Positions 1 through 9,643 of a stretch of DNA of 64,000 nucleotides are shown in pieces. Below the pieces are notes generated by a model. That model was given only the letters and a program-made list of their open reading frames with translations. It searched no databases and was not told where the DNA came from. The position numbers and the translations under genes were made by a program. Within the stretch, counting starts at the first letter, position 1, and the number at the start of each line of letters is the position of its first letter. This stretch comes from Myxococcota bacterium. GTDB taxonomy: Bacteria; Myxococcota_A; UBA9160; SZUA-336. The DNA is taken from NCBI GenBank assembly GCA_040902485.1, contig JBBDXF010000029.1, positions 244,318-308,317 of the forward strand, in the 5' to 3' direction.

Positions 1-229
1 GATCGCGTTCGGAGCGACCGCGGCCGCGCACGTCCAGCGCGAGAACGCGGCGCGAGCGCGCGAGACGCGGCGCGAGATCCTCGAAATCCTTCGAGTTCCG
101 CGTGAGGCCGTGCAGGCAGAGGGCCGTCACACCCCCCGGTGTCGACGCCGCGTAGTCGCGGTAGAAGAGCCGCAGCCCGTCGCGCGTGACGAAGGATCGC
201 TCGCCGAAATCGGGATTCTCGTGCGCCAT
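1..229 (-). CDS. alpha/beta hydrolase, N-terminal part (gene continues beyond the window start)
   Basis: Minus-strand translation from the ATG at 229-227 gives MAHENPDFGERSFVTRDGLRLFYRDYAAS...ALCLHGLTRNSKDFEDLAPRL, a typical alpha/beta-hydrolase N-terminus with an HG oxyanion motif; it runs off the window. Confidence 0.4.
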   Translation of the reverse strand, partial: MAHENPDFGERSFVTRDGLRLFYRDYAASTPGGVTALCLHGLTRNSKDFEDLAPRLARSRRVLALDVRGRGRSERD

Positions 230-256
230 GCGCGCGATTCTACGCGCGCGCGATCG

Positions 257-1228
257 TCATTGGAACGGCGTGTCCGTCACTCCGCCCGTGATCGGCCGCA
301 CCACCAGGTCGTCCCAGAACGTCACGCCGCTACCGGTGTGGAAGAGCGCGAACACGCTGCTGTCGTGCGGGTCCGGCTGGCTCGTCCAGCAATCGGCCTG
401 CCAGCTGCTCGGCTCCAGGTCTCTCGAGTTCCAGACCTTCGCGCGCAGACGCACCCGGCCCCCGGGGTCCGTGTAGCGCAGGCGGAATCGGTTCCACTGG
501 AAGCGCACGAGCTGAACGTCGGTCGAGTCCCCGTCTTCGCAGGTCAGCCCCGGCTTCCCGACCTGGTCGAGGACGAAGACTCCGTCGGATCCGGCGCCGA
601 GCAGGAACGCCGATCGCAGGTCGCCGTAGGCGACGCGCGCCGCGATTCCGGCGACGGTGCCGCCGACGAGCGTGAGCAGTCGTCCCTCGATCTCGTGCGG
701 ACCCCACGATCGGCTCGCGCTTCCGAGGAAACTCGAAGCCGAGAGGCGGCCGGTCGACACCTCGGGCGAGGCCAGGGCCGGCCCGCCGCCGTAGAACTCG
801 TCGACGCTGAAATCTCCGCCGTAGTCGAAGAAGCCGGGCGGAGACGATCCCAAGCTTTGATTGCCGAAGTCACTCGACCACAGTGGAGTACCCGTGGTCT
901 CGCCATCTCCGGGCAGCGTCACGCGGTTCGATCGCGCGGACTCGCGTCCGGACGCATCGTACGCGGTCATCTCGATCGCGAGACGCGGCGCCGTCAGATC
1001 GAGCTCCGTGAAGACCACGCGCGCGACGCCCTGCGCGTCGAGCGGCGGGCGGCCCACGTCGATCGGCCGCGCATCGAGCGGTCCTGCGCCCGCGCGACCC
1101 ACGTAGACCTTGTAGCCCACGACGGTGGCGCTGGCGGACGGATACCAGCTGACCCGAACCCCGCGCGCGACGACGTCGCCGGGAATGAAAGCGAGAACGA
1201 CCAGAAGACACAACGAGCGCAAACCCAT
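257..1228 (-). CDS. secreted hypothetical protein with fibronectin type III-like domain
   Basis: Start chosen at the internal MGLRSLCLLVVLAFIP signal peptide. The VRVSWYPSASATVVGYKVYV...TAYDASGRESARS segment looks like FN3. The opposite-strand ORF 110..1264 looks like a GC artifact. Confidence 0.45.
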   Translation of the reverse strand: MGLRSLCLLVVLAFIPGDVVARGVRVSWYPSASATVVGYKVYVGRAGAGPLDARPIDVGRPPLDAQGVARVVFTELDLTAPRLAIEMTAYDASGRESARSNRVTLPGDGETTGTPLWSSDFGNQSLGSSPPGFFDYGGDFSVDEFYGGGPALASPEVSTGRLSASSFLGSASRSWGPHEIEGRLLTLVGGTVAGIAARVAYGDLRSAFLLGAGSDGVFVLDQVGKPGLTCEDGDSTDVQLVRFQWNRFRLRYTDPGGRVRLRAKVWNSRDLEPSSWQADCWTSQPDPHDSSVFALFHTGSGVTFWDDLVVRPITGGVTDTPFQ

Positions 1229-1395
1229 GTTCGACACGACACCCCACCATCGGAACACGATTGACCGGCACCATGGTTCAGGGAGCGCCGAACCGCCGAT
1301 TGGTGGCGCACGTTCGCACGGCCCCTCGGCACGAGCCGTGCCTCGGGTCACAGTTCGAGAATTTCCTCGGTCGCTCCTTCCGTCGACGACGGAAG

Positions 1396-2586
1396 TCAGA
1401 CGAGCAGGGAGAGGGGATCCTCGAGGCGTGCGCGCACCGCGCCGAGGAATTTCGCACCGAGCGCACCGTCGACGACGCGGTGATCCGCGGAAAGCGTGAG
1501 CTGAGTCACAGGCTCGACGACGATGGCGCCGTCTCGCGCAATCGGCCGCGGATGCACGCGTCCAACGCCGAGGATCGCGACCTGTGGCGGATTCACGATC
1601 GCGTACAGATTGTCGACACCAAACGTTCCCAGATTCGACACCGTGAACGTCCCGCCCTGGTACTCGTGCGGTGCGAGGCGGCCGTCCCGAGCGCGTGCGA
1701 CGAGCGCTCGCGCCTCGTCGGAAGTCTCCGCGAGGCTCTTGCGGGCGGCCGAACGGACGATCGGCGTGACCAGACCCGTGGACGATGCGACCGCGATCGC
1801 CACGTCCACGTCGGCGTGCACCCGCAGCTCGCCGTCGACGATGCTCGCGTTCAGCTCCGGCACCTCGCGCAGCGCGAGCGCCGCGGCGCGCACGACGAAG
1901 TCCGTCAAGCTGAAGCGTCGCGCGCGACTGCGCGCGTTCAGCTGCTCGCGCAGCGAGACGGTCGCTCCCATCTCACACTCGACACTCAGATAGAAGTGGG
2001 GAATGTCGCGCTTCGCGGCACTGAGTCTCTCGGCCGTCGTCCGCCGCGCGCGCGACAGACGCTCGACGCGGAACGACTCGGCGGCGGGCTCCGCCGGCTC
2101 GGCCTCGCGGACGGCTCGGGGCACCAGGAGTCGGCCGAGCGCGCGCTCGACGTCCGAGCGCAGGATGCGGCCGTCGGCGCCGCTGCCCGTGATCGCCTCG
2201 ATGTCGATCCCTGACTGAGCGGCCATCCGCCGCGCCAGCGGACTCGCACCGCGCGGGGCCGCGGCGCGTCGAGGCGCCTCGCGATGCGCGGCGGTCTGCT
2301 CGGTTCGCGCGACGACCACCGTCGTCTCGTCCCGCTCGCCGGCGACGCGCAGGATCGCGAGCACCTGTCCGATCGCGATCGCCTGCGCGCCCGCGTGCAC
2401 GACGATGCGCTCGAGCGTGCCGTCCGCGGGGGCCTCGAGCTCGACGGTGGACTTGTCCGTCTCGATCTCCGCGATCGGCTCGCCAGCGCGAAGCTTCGCG
2501 CCCTCCGGCACGAGCCACGCGACGAGGTCCCCTTCGGTCATCGTCTCCGAGAGCTGCGGCATCACGATCTCGCGAGGCATCTCCAT
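1396..2586 (-). CDS. dihydrolipoamide acyltransferase (E2 component of 2-oxoacid/pyruvate dehydrogenase complex)
   Basis: N-terminal lipoyl domain (EIETDKSTVELEAP), an E3-binding segment, and a catalytic domain with DHRVVDG near the C-terminus. Lies 6 nt downstream of E1. Confidence 0.85.
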   Translation of the reverse strand: MEMPREIVMPQLSETMTEGDLVAWLVPEGAKLRAGEPIAEIETDKSTVELEAPADGTLERIVVHAGAQAIAIGQVLAILRVAGERDETTVVVARTEQTAAHREAPRRAAAPRGASPLARRMAAQSGIDIEAITGSGADGRILRSDVERALGRLLVPRAVREAEPAEPAAESFRVERLSRARRTTAERLSAAKRDIPHFYLSVECEMGATVSLREQLNARSRARRFSLTDFVVRAAALALREVPELNASIVDGELRVHADVDVAIAVASSTGLVTPIVRSAARKSLAETSDEARALVARARDGRLAPHEYQGGTFTVSNLGTFGVDNLYAIVNPPQVAILGVGRVHPRPIARDGAIVVEPVTQLTLSADHRVVDGALGAKFLGAVRARLEDPLSLLV

Positions 2587-2592
2587 CCTTCC

Positions 2593-4920
2593 CTAGGCGC
2601 GTCGCTCCAGCAGCACGCGTGCGGCCGCGTCGAGGATGGCGTCCTCGTCGATCCCGCACACGCGGTACAGGTCGGGCACGTCGCCGCTCTGGCCGAAGTC
2701 GCGCACGCCGAGCGCAGCGATGCGGTGTCCGGCGACGGCGCCGAGCCAGGACAGCGCGGCCGGGTGCCCGTCGTGAACGGTCACGAGCCCGGCGCTGCGC
2801 GGCAACGCGCCGAGCAGCGTGTCGATCCACGCCCGACCGGGCTTCGCTTCCAGCCAGTCCGCGTGCAGCCGTCCGGGCGAGGTCAGTGCGAGCAGCCCGG
2901 CGCCCGGCAGGTCCTCGCGCAGCGCTTCGAGCGCCGCGCGCGCCTGGTCGACGACCACGCCGCAGTAGACGAGCGCCAGCTCGGCGCCGGGCGCAGGCGG
3001 AACCAGCCAATAGCCGCCGCGCAGGATCGCGTCTTCGAGCTCGGGCGTGCGCTCGCGCGCAGGCTGCGCGACCGGGCGCGTGGAGAGCCGCAGGTACACC
3101 GACGAGCCGTCGTCGGCCTGCACGTGCTGGAAGGCGAAGCGCATCAGCGCGGCCAGCTCGTCGGCGAAGGCCGGCTCGTACGCGACCAGCCCCGGCTGGC
3201 CGATCCCGACCAGCGGCGTCAGCACCGACTGGTGCGCGCCGCCCTCGGGCGCGAGCGAGACACCGGACGGTGTCGCCACCAGGAGAAAGCGCGCGTCCTG
3301 GTAGCAGGCGTAGTTCAGCGCGTCGAGCCCGCGGCTGATGAACGGGTCGTAGAGCGTGCCGATCGGCAGCAGACGCTGGCCGAACAGCGGGGCCGAGAGA
3401 CCGAGCGCCGCGAGCAGGAGAAACAGGTTGTTCTCCGCGATCCCGAGCTCGACGTGCTGGCCGGTCGGCGAGATCCGCCACTTCTGTGCGGACGCGGAGC
3501 TCTCCTCGCCCGCTGGATCGCCGCGCTCCCGCCGGTCGAAGACGCCGCGCGTGTTGATCCAGCCACCGAGGTTGGTCGAGACGGTGACGTCGGGTGACGC
3601 GGTCACGATGCGCGCGGCCAGCGCCTCGTGGCGGCGCGCAACGTCGCGCAGGATCCGGCCGAACGCCTCCTGCGTGGACAGCAGGTCGCCCGGCGGCGTG
3701 GCGATCGCATCCGGAACCGGCACCGGTGCGGCTTCGCGGTCGCGGCTGCCGGAGCGCGCGAGCGGACGCGTGGCGAGGAACTCGCGCAGCTCCGACTCAG
3801 GCCGGCGCAGGCCCTCGAACGGCTCCCACTCGCGGCCGGGCGCGACGCCCAGCTCGGCCTGGAAGCGCGCCATCTGCTCGGGACTCATCAGACCCGCGTG
3901 GTTGTCCTTGTGACCGGCGAACGGCAGGCCGTGACCCTTGATGGTGTAAGCCAGGAAGCAGGTCGGGAGCTCGTCGTCCACGGAGTGGAAGGCCTCGAGC
4001 ACCGACGCCATGTCGTTGCCGGCCAGGTTCGTGAGCAGGCGCGCGAGCCGCGGGTCGTCGTGCTCGTCGAGCAGCTCCTTGATCCCGGACGTGTCGCCGA
4101 GCTCGCGCAGGAGCTGCGAGCGGAACGCGCCGCCGCCCCGGTACACGAGCGACGAGTAGAGCGAGTTCGGGCAGGCGTCGATCCAATCGCGCAGCGCGTC
4201 GCCGCCCTTGCGCGCGAAAACCGCCTCGAGCTCGCGCCCGTACTTCAGCGTGACCACGCGCCAGCCCATCGCCGAGAACAGCGTGTCGATGCGCTGCCAG
4301 AGCCGGTCCTCGACGACCGCGTCGAGGCTCTGCCGGTTGTAGTCGACGATCCACCAGACATTGCGCGCGTCGTGCTTCCAGCCCTCGAGCAGCGCCTCGA
4401 ACACGTTGCCCTCGTCGAGCTCCGCGTCGCCGGCGAGCGCGATCATGCGGCCCGGCGGCTCGGACTCGGGCAAGAGCGCGTGCGCGCGCAGGTAGTCCTG
4501 CGCGAGCGACGCGAACAGCGTCATCGCCACGCCGAGCCCGACCGAGCCGGTCGAGAAGTCGACGCCGTCCGCGTCCTTGGTGCGCGACGGATACGACTGC
4601 GCGCCGCCGAGCGCGCGGAAGCGCTCGAGCGCCTCGCGCGTCTGGTTGCCGAGCAGGTACTGCAGCGCGTGGAAGACCGGGCTCGCGTGCGGCTTCACCG
4701 CGACCCGGTCCGACGGGCGCAGCGCGTCGAGGTACAGCGCCGAGAGCAGCGTCACGACCGAGGAACAGGACGCCTGGTGCCCACCGACCTTCAGCCCGTC
4801 GCGCTTGGGCCGCAGATGGTTCGCGTGGTGGATGGTCCAGCTCGACAGCCACAACACCTTGCGCTCGAGCTCGCGGAGCAGGTCGAGGCGCTCGAGATCC
4901 ATGGCGACAGGATAGTCCAT
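2593..4920 (-). CDS. pyruvate/2-oxoacid dehydrogenase E1 component, homodimeric (AceE-like)
   Basis: 775 aa with thiamine-diphosphate enzyme motifs and AceE-like architecture (…GHQASCSSVVTL…, IAENNLF…). Directly upstream of E2. Confidence 0.8.
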   Translation of the reverse strand: MDYPVAMDLERLDLLRELERKVLWLSSWTIHHANHLRPKRDGLKVGGHQASCSSVVTLLSALYLDALRPSDRVAVKPHASPVFHALQYLLGNQTREALERFRALGGAQSYPSRTKDADGVDFSTGSVGLGVAMTLFASLAQDYLRAHALLPESEPPGRMIALAGDAELDEGNVFEALLEGWKHDARNVWWIVDYNRQSLDAVVEDRLWQRIDTLFSAMGWRVVTLKYGRELEAVFARKGGDALRDWIDACPNSLYSSLVYRGGGAFRSQLLRELGDTSGIKELLDEHDDPRLARLLTNLAGNDMASVLEAFHSVDDELPTCFLAYTIKGHGLPFAGHKDNHAGLMSPEQMARFQAELGVAPGREWEPFEGLRRPESELREFLATRPLARSGSRDREAAPVPVPDAIATPPGDLLSTQEAFGRILRDVARRHEALAARIVTASPDVTVSTNLGGWINTRGVFDRRERGDPAGEESSASAQKWRISPTGQHVELGIAENNLFLLLAALGLSAPLFGQRLLPIGTLYDPFISRGLDALNYACYQDARFLLVATPSGVSLAPEGGAHQSVLTPLVGIGQPGLVAYEPAFADELAALMRFAFQHVQADDGSSVYLRLSTRPVAQPARERTPELEDAILRGGYWLVPPAPGAELALVYCGVVVDQARAALEALREDLPGAGLLALTSPGRLHADWLEAKPGRAWIDTLLGALPRSAGLVTVHDGHPAALSWLGAVAGHRIAALGVRDFGQSGDVPDLYRVCGIDEDAILDAAARVLLERRA

Positions 4921-4944
4921 AGCTCAAGGCAGATCCTTGCGATC

Positions 4945-4988
4945 ATTCCACGATCATGGGATATTCGCGCAATTAAATAGCGTGGAAT
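4945..4988. promoter_or_regulatory. inverted repeat ATTCCACG-N28-CGTGGAAT in the AT-rich E1/Lrp divergent intergenic region (candidate Lrp-type operator)
   Basis: The sequence cATTCCACGatcatgggatattcgcgcaattaaatagCGTGGAATtc is the only AT-rich stretch in the region and sits between divergent E1 and lrp starts. Confidence 0.3.
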
Positions 4989-4992
4989 TCCC

Positions 4993-5469
4993 GTGACACA
5001 GATCGACCCGATCGACCGGAACATCCTCTCCATCCTGCAGGAGGACGCGCGCATCTCGAACCTGGACCTGGCGCGGCGCGTCGGGCTCTCGCCCTCGCCC
5101 TGCCTGCGCCGGGTTCGCGAGCTCGAGCGCTCGGGCCTGGTGCGCCGGCACGTGACGTTGCTCGACCCGCAGGCGCTCGGGCTCGGCGTCTCGATCTTCA
5201 TCCAGGTCCGGCTCGACCGTCAGATCGAGCGCAGCCTGGAGACCTTCGAGGCCGCCGTGCTGCTTCGCCCCGAAGTGATGGAGTGCTACCTGATGACCGG
5301 CGACTCCGACTACCTGCTGCGCGTGGTGGTGCCGGACGTGCCGGCCTTCGAGCGCTTCCTGGTCGAGCACCTGACGCGCGTTCCCGGCGTCGCGAACCTG
5401 CGCTCGAGCTTCGCGCTCAAGCAAGTGAAGTACACGACCGCGCTGCCGCTGCCGGCGGCTGCGCCGTAG
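4993..5469 (+). CDS. Lrp/AsnC family transcriptional regulator (BkdR-like)
   Basis: N-terminal HTH ([38 protein letters not shown]) plus a C-terminal RAM domain. GTG start. Divergent from E1. Confidence 0.8.
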   Translation: MTQIDPIDRNILSILQEDARISNLDLARRVGLSPSPCLRRVRELERSGLVRRHVTLLDPQALGLGVSIFIQVRLDRQIERSLETFEAAVLLRPEVMECYLMTGDSDYLLRVVVPDVPAFERFLVEHLTRVPGVANLRSSFALKQVKYTTALPLPAAAP

Positions 5470-5479
5470 CGTTGCGCGC

Positions 5480-5947
5480 TCAGGGCTTTCCGGGCGGGCC
5501 GAACAGTCCGAGGAACGCGCGCTCGAGCGGCTGCACCGGCTCCTCGTCCTCGGCCGCGGAGCCGCTCGCGCGCTCGTCGAGCGCCGTCAGTGAAGCATCG
5601 AGCTCCTGCAGCGCGCCGTGCAGCCACTCGTCGAGCCGCGCGAGCTGCTGCTCGAGCTCGCCGACGCGCGACGCCACGCGCGCGCGGTGCTCGCGCAGCA
5701 CGGCGAGCGCCGCCGGGCTCTCGGGATCGCTCATCACGTTCACCACGTCGGGCAGCGGCATCTCGAGCGCGCGCAGCAGGCGCACGCGCAGCGCGTCCGG
5801 AAGCTGCTCGGGCCGATAGAAGCGGTAGCCGCTGCCCGGGTCGACGCGCCCCGGCACCAGCAGCCCCAGGCTCTCGTAGTGCCGCAGCGCGCGCACGGTG
5901 AAGCCCGAGAGCTGGGCGAAGCGACCGATCGGGATCCACTGGCTCAT
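5480..5947 (-). CDS. MerR family transcriptional regulator
   Basis: MSQWIPIGRFAQLSGFTVRALRHYESLGLL is a MerR HTH, followed by a coiled-coil dimerisation region. Confidence 0.7.
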   Translation of the reverse strand: MSQWIPIGRFAQLSGFTVRALRHYESLGLLVPGRVDPGSGYRFYRPEQLPDALRVRLLRALEMPLPDVVNVMSDPESPAALAVLREHRARVASRVGELEQQLARLDEWLHGALQELDASLTALDERASGSAAEDEEPVQPLERAFLGLFGPPGKP

Positions 5948-5976
5948 GCGCTGCTCATGGTACAAGAGTGCCCGCG

Positions 5977-6780
5977 ATGAACCGCGTGCACCTGTTCGAG
6001 CTCGAGGATCAGCCGTGGTTTCCGCCCGTCCTGCGCGACGCGGGCACCGCGTACCTCGAGTTCGCCGCGCGCGTCGCCGGGCACTCCGCCGCGCTCGCGC
6101 CCAAGCTCGAGCAGGCGCTCGCGCGCGCCGGCGAGAAGCGCATCGTCGACCTGTGCTCCGGCGGCGCGGGCCCGGTCGCGGAGGTCGTCGACGTGCTGGC
6201 GGCCCGCGGCACGGAGGTGCACGCGCTGCTCACGGACTTCTATCCGAACGAGGGCTCGCTCGCCCGCGTCTCCGCGCGCTCCGCGGGGCGCATCGACTGG
6301 GAGCGCGAGCCCGTCGACGCCACGCGCGTGCCCAAGCGGCTGGCGGGCCTGCGCACGCTCTTCAACGCCTTCCACCACTTCCGACCGGCGATGGCGCGCG
6401 GCATCGTCGCCGACGCGGCCGAGGCGGGGCGGCCGATCGCGATCTTCGAGATCGTCGGGCGCGATCCGATCCCGATGCTCGGGATCGTGTTCGCGCCGCT
6501 CAGCTTCGCGCTCGCGCTGCCATTCCTGCGCCCGTTCCGCTGGCTGTGGATCCCGTTCACCTACCTGGTGCCGATCCTGCCGTTGTTCGTGCTGTGGGAC
6601 GGGATCGTGTCGTGCCTGCGCGTGTACTCGCCGCGCGAGCTGCAGGCGCTGGTCGACTCGCTCGAGCCCCGACACCGAGCTGCGTACGATTGGGAGATCG
6701 GGCGCATCCGGCTGCCGGGACCGCCCGTGTACGCGACCTATCTGGTGGGCATGCCGCGCTCGGCTCAGAGCCCCTCGTAG
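5977..6780 (+). CDS. hypothetical protein, possible SAM-dependent methyltransferase-like fold
   Basis: IVDLCSGGAGPV resembles methyltransferase motif I, and the C-terminal part is hydrophobic. Divergent from the MerR gene. Weak assignment. Confidence 0.35.
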   Translation: MNRVHLFELEDQPWFPPVLRDAGTAYLEFAARVAGHSAALAPKLEQALARAGEKRIVDLCSGGAGPVAEVVDVLAARGTEVHALLTDFYPNEGSLARVSARSAGRIDWEREPVDATRVPKRLAGLRTLFNAFHHFRPAMARGIVADAAEAGRPIAIFEIVGRDPIPMLGIVFAPLSFALALPFLRPFRWLWIPFTYLVPILPLFVLWDGIVSCLRVYSPRELQALVDSLEPRHRAAYDWEIGRIRLPGPPVYATYLVGMPRSAQSPS

Positions 6781-7922
6781 AGCGCGTCGAGCAGCGCGCG
6801 CGGCCGCGGATCCGCGAGCCACGCGCCGGTGTGCATCAGGTTCATCACGTAGCCGAAGCCCACGTTGGCTTCGGGGTCCGCGACGCCAAGCGACCCGCCC
6901 GCGCCGCCGTGCCCGAACGTGCGCGGGTTCGGACCGAGCGGCTCGTTCTCGGGCGGCAGGAAGAAGCCGAGACCGATGCGCGTGGTCAGCGTGAGCACGC
7001 GATCCGGCCCGTACGACTCCTCGGTGCGCGCGCGCTCGATCGTCTCGGGCCGCAGGAGGCGCACGCCGTCGAGCTGCCCGCCGTTCGCGAGCGCCGCGTA
7101 GATGCGCGCGAGCGCGGGCGCCGTCGTGTGTCCGTTCGCCGCCGCGAGCTCCGCGGCGCGCCACGCGCGCGTGTTGGGGCTGATCAACAGGACCGGCGGA
7201 TTGCCGAACGCCTTTGCAAGCACGCCCTCCGGCTCCGCGGTCATGCGCTCCATCAGGTTCGGCCCGTCGGTCGAGATGGGGCCCTGGATCAGCTCGGCCG
7301 TGCGCGCGTCGAGCTCTTCCGGCAGACCGATCCAGAACTCCGCGCCGAGCGGCGCGGCGATGTGCTCGCGCACGTAGCGGCCGACGCCCATGCCGCTGAC
7401 GCGTCGGATCAGCTCGCCGACCAGCCAGCCGTAGGTGAGCGCGTGGTAGCCGTGCTCCTCGCCCGGCTTCCACCACGGCGCCTGCTCTTCGAGCGCGCGC
7501 GTCATCTTCGCCCAGTCGTACAGATCGTCGGGCGCGAGCGGCTTCGCGACCGCGGCGAGCCCGGCGCGGTGGTTGAGCAGCATGCGCACCAGGATCTCCG
7601 CCTTGCCGTTCTGCGCGAACTCGGGCCAGTAGCGCGCGACGGGCGCGTCGAGATCGAGCTCGCCGCGTTCGACCAGCTGGTGCGCGGCGATCGCGGTGAT
7701 GCCCTTGGTGGTCGAGTACACGTTCGCGAGCGTGTCGCGGCGCCAGGGTCGCGTGCGATCCTTGTCCGCGAAGCCGCCCCACAGGTCGATCACCTCGCGC
7801 CCGTCGACGACCACGTTCAAGCCCGCGCCGAGTTCTGCGCCGCTCTCGAAGCCGGCCTCGAAGAGCTCGCGCACGCGCTTGAAGCGCGCGTCGCAGCGGC
7901 CCTCGATCTCCACTCTCGCCAT
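6765..7922 (-). CDS. serine hydrolase, beta-lactamase/esterase (EstB-like) family
   Basis: VYSTTKGITA (SxxK motif), YxN-like and GHGG motifs. Start placed at MARVEIEGR. The six-frame track fuses this gene with upstream antisense junk into an 859-aa ORF. Confidence 0.75.
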   Translation of the reverse strand: MARVEIEGRCDARFKRVRELFEAGFESGAELGAGLNVVVDGREVIDLWGGFADKDRTRPWRRDTLANVYSTTKGITAIAAHQLVERGELDLDAPVARYWPEFAQNGKAEILVRMLLNHRAGLAAVAKPLAPDDLYDWAKMTRALEEQAPWWKPGEEHGYHALTYGWLVGELIRRVSGMGVGRYVREHIAAPLGAEFWIGLPEELDARTAELIQGPISTDGPNLMERMTAEPEGVLAKAFGNPPVLLISPNTRAWRAAELAAANGHTTAPALARIYAALANGGQLDGVRLLRPETIERARTEESYGPDRVLTLTTRIGLGFFLPPENEPLGPNPRTFGHGGAGGSLGVADPEANVGFGYVMNLMHTGAWLADPRPRALLDALYEGL

Positions 7923-7969
7923 GGCTCGTCCTCCTCGCGGCATCGGGTCGTTCGCCACCGCGAAGTGTA

Positions 7970-9643
7970 CTACTCGGCGACGAACGGATTCTCGGCCGTG
8001 CCGGTCAGCACGTTCTTCAGCACCTTGCCGGTGGCGTTGCGCGGCAGCGGGTCGGCGCGCAGCTCCCAATGCGCCGGGATCTTGAACGCGGCGAGCGTCG
8101 CGCGCACCCACTCGCCGAGCTCGGCCGGCGTCGCGCGCGCGCCGGGCCGCAGCACCACGATCGCCTTCACTTCCTGGCCGAGCTCCTCGTGCTCGACGCC
8201 GACGACGGCGGCCTCGAGCACGTCGGCGAGCGCCTCGAGGCGCTGCTCGATCTCGACCGGGTAGATGTTCTCGGCGCCGCGCAGGATCAGATCGCGCGCG
8301 CGCGAGTCGATGTACAGGCGGCCGTCGACGAGCCGGCCGACGTCGCCGGTGCGCAGCCAGCGATCGGCGACGAGCGAGGCCGCGCTGGCCTGCGGATTGC
8401 GCCAGTAACCGGCCATCACCAGGGGGCTCTGCACGTGGATCTCGCCGGTCTCGCCCTCGTGCAGGGCGCAGCCGTCGGCGTCGCGAATCTCGAGCTGCAC
8501 CGTCGGCAGCGGCCGGCCGGCCGAGTGTGGGTGGCGCGCCAGGTCCTCGCCGAACGCGAGCGTGGCCAGCGCCGTGCACTCGGTGAGCCCGTAGCCCAGG
8601 CCGAAGCTCGAGCGCGCCGACGGGAACGTCGCGCGGATCCTGTCCTGCAGCTCGGGGCTGGTCGGCGCTCCGCCCGAGCCGATGTTGGTGACGCTCGACA
8701 GGTCGTACCTGGCGACGTCCGGATGGTGCACGACGCGGTAGGCCATCGTGCCCATCGGTCCCCACGACGTGACCTGCTCGCGTTCGATCAGACGCAGCGC
8801 GTCGACGGGATCGAAGCGGCCGCCGCGCCAGACCGTCTTCGCGCCGCTCGCGAGCATCATGACCGCGCCGGTGTAGAGCCCGGAGACGTGGAAGAGCGGC
8901 GTGGTGACGAGCGCGCAGGTCGGGCGCGGCGGGCCCGCGGGCACGCGCCCGTCGGCTGCCGCGGCGAGCATCATGCGCGCGCCGTGGAAGAACTGGATGC
9001 CGAGCAGCGCCAGGATGTTGCGCTGCGTGTTGACCGCGCCCTTCGGCCGTCCGGTCGTGCCGCTCGTGTACAGGATCGCAGCCGGGTCGTCTTCGGAGAT
9101 CGCGACCTCGGGCAGTGTCGCCTCGCGGTCGTGCGAGGCGAGCTTGTCGAACTCGCTCTCGATCTCGACGACGGGCACGCCGAGCTCGGCGCGCGACACA
9201 CGCTCGAGCCGGCGCCGATCCGCGATCAGAACCTTCGGATCGCAGTCGCGCACGCCGTAGGCGATCTCGTCGCCGGCCCACCAGCCGTTCAGTCCGACCG
9301 CGACCGCGCCGAGCGCCTGCGCGGCCCAGAACGAGACGATCCACTCGGGGCAGTTCGCGGCCAGGATCGCGACGCGGTCGCCGGTCCCGACTCCGAAGCG
9401 CGCGCGCAGCGCACTCGCGACGCTCGCGACCAGGCGCAGGTGCTCGGCGTAGCGGATGCGCCGGTCCTCGTAGACGAGGTACTCCTTCGCGCCCTGCGCG
9501 GCCGACGCTTCGAGCAGCGCGCGCAGCGAGCGCAGCCGGTTCTTGAATACCCGCGTGCGCGCGCCGAGCACGTCCTCGACGACCGTCTCGAACGGGCCGC
9601 CCGGGCCCGTGAGCCGCGCCTCGATCGCGTCGAAGTCCGCCAT
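7970..9643 (-). CDS. acyl-CoA synthetase (AMP-dependent synthetase/ligase, FadD-like)
   Basis: AMP-binding motif LYTSGTTGRPKGAV and a C-terminal …TGKVLK. Start at MADFDAIEARL. Overlaps the upstream LLM gene by 1 nt (TGATG). Confidence 0.85.
   Translation of the reverse strand: MADFDAIEARLTGPGGPFETVVEDVLGARTRVFKNRLRSLRALLEASAAQGAKEYLVYEDRRIRYAEHLRLVASVASALRARFGVGTGDRVAILAANCPEWIVSFWAAQALGAVAVGLNGWWAGDEIAYGVRDCDPKVLIADRRRLERVSRAELGVPVVEIESEFDKLASHDREATLPEVAISEDDPAAILYTSGTTGRPKGAVNTQRNILALLGIQFFHGARMMLAAAADGRVPAGPPRPTCALVTTPLFHVSGLYTGAVMMLASGAKTVWRGGRFDPVDALRLIEREQVTSWGPMGTMAYRVVHHPDVARYDLSSVTNIGSGGAPTSPELQDRIRATFPSARSSFGLGYGLTECTALATLAFGEDLARHPHSAGRPLPTVQLEIRDADGCALHEGETGEIHVQSPLVMAGYWRNPQASAASLVADRWLRTGDVGRLVDGRLYIDSRARDLILRGAENIYPVEIEQRLEALADVLEAAVVGVEHEELGQEVKAIVVLRPGARATPAELGEWVRATLAAFKIPAHWELRADPLPRNATGKVLKNVLTGTAENPFVAE

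Noticed and set aside
1973-4980. Long antisense or alternative-frame ORFs (1973..3481 -, 2284..3597 +, 3628..4980 +, 3797..4927 -) overlapping the E1/E2 genes
   Set aside because: Extreme Arg/Ala/Pro composition with no motifs; typical GC-rich frame artifacts opposite well-supported genes.
5898-8264. 788-aa plus-strand ORF and 612-aa minus-strand ORF (5944..7782)
   Set aside because: Low-complexity Arg/Ala-rich translations overlapping the methyltransferase-like, serine hydrolase and acyl-CoA synthetase genes.
6765-9344. 859-aa minus-strand ORF spanning the serine hydrolase and much of the acyl-CoA synthetase region
   Set aside because: Only the C-terminal 385 aa (from MARVEIEGR) are recognisable protein; the upstream 470 aa are Arg/Gly/Ala-rich antisense translation of the acyl-CoA synthetase gene.
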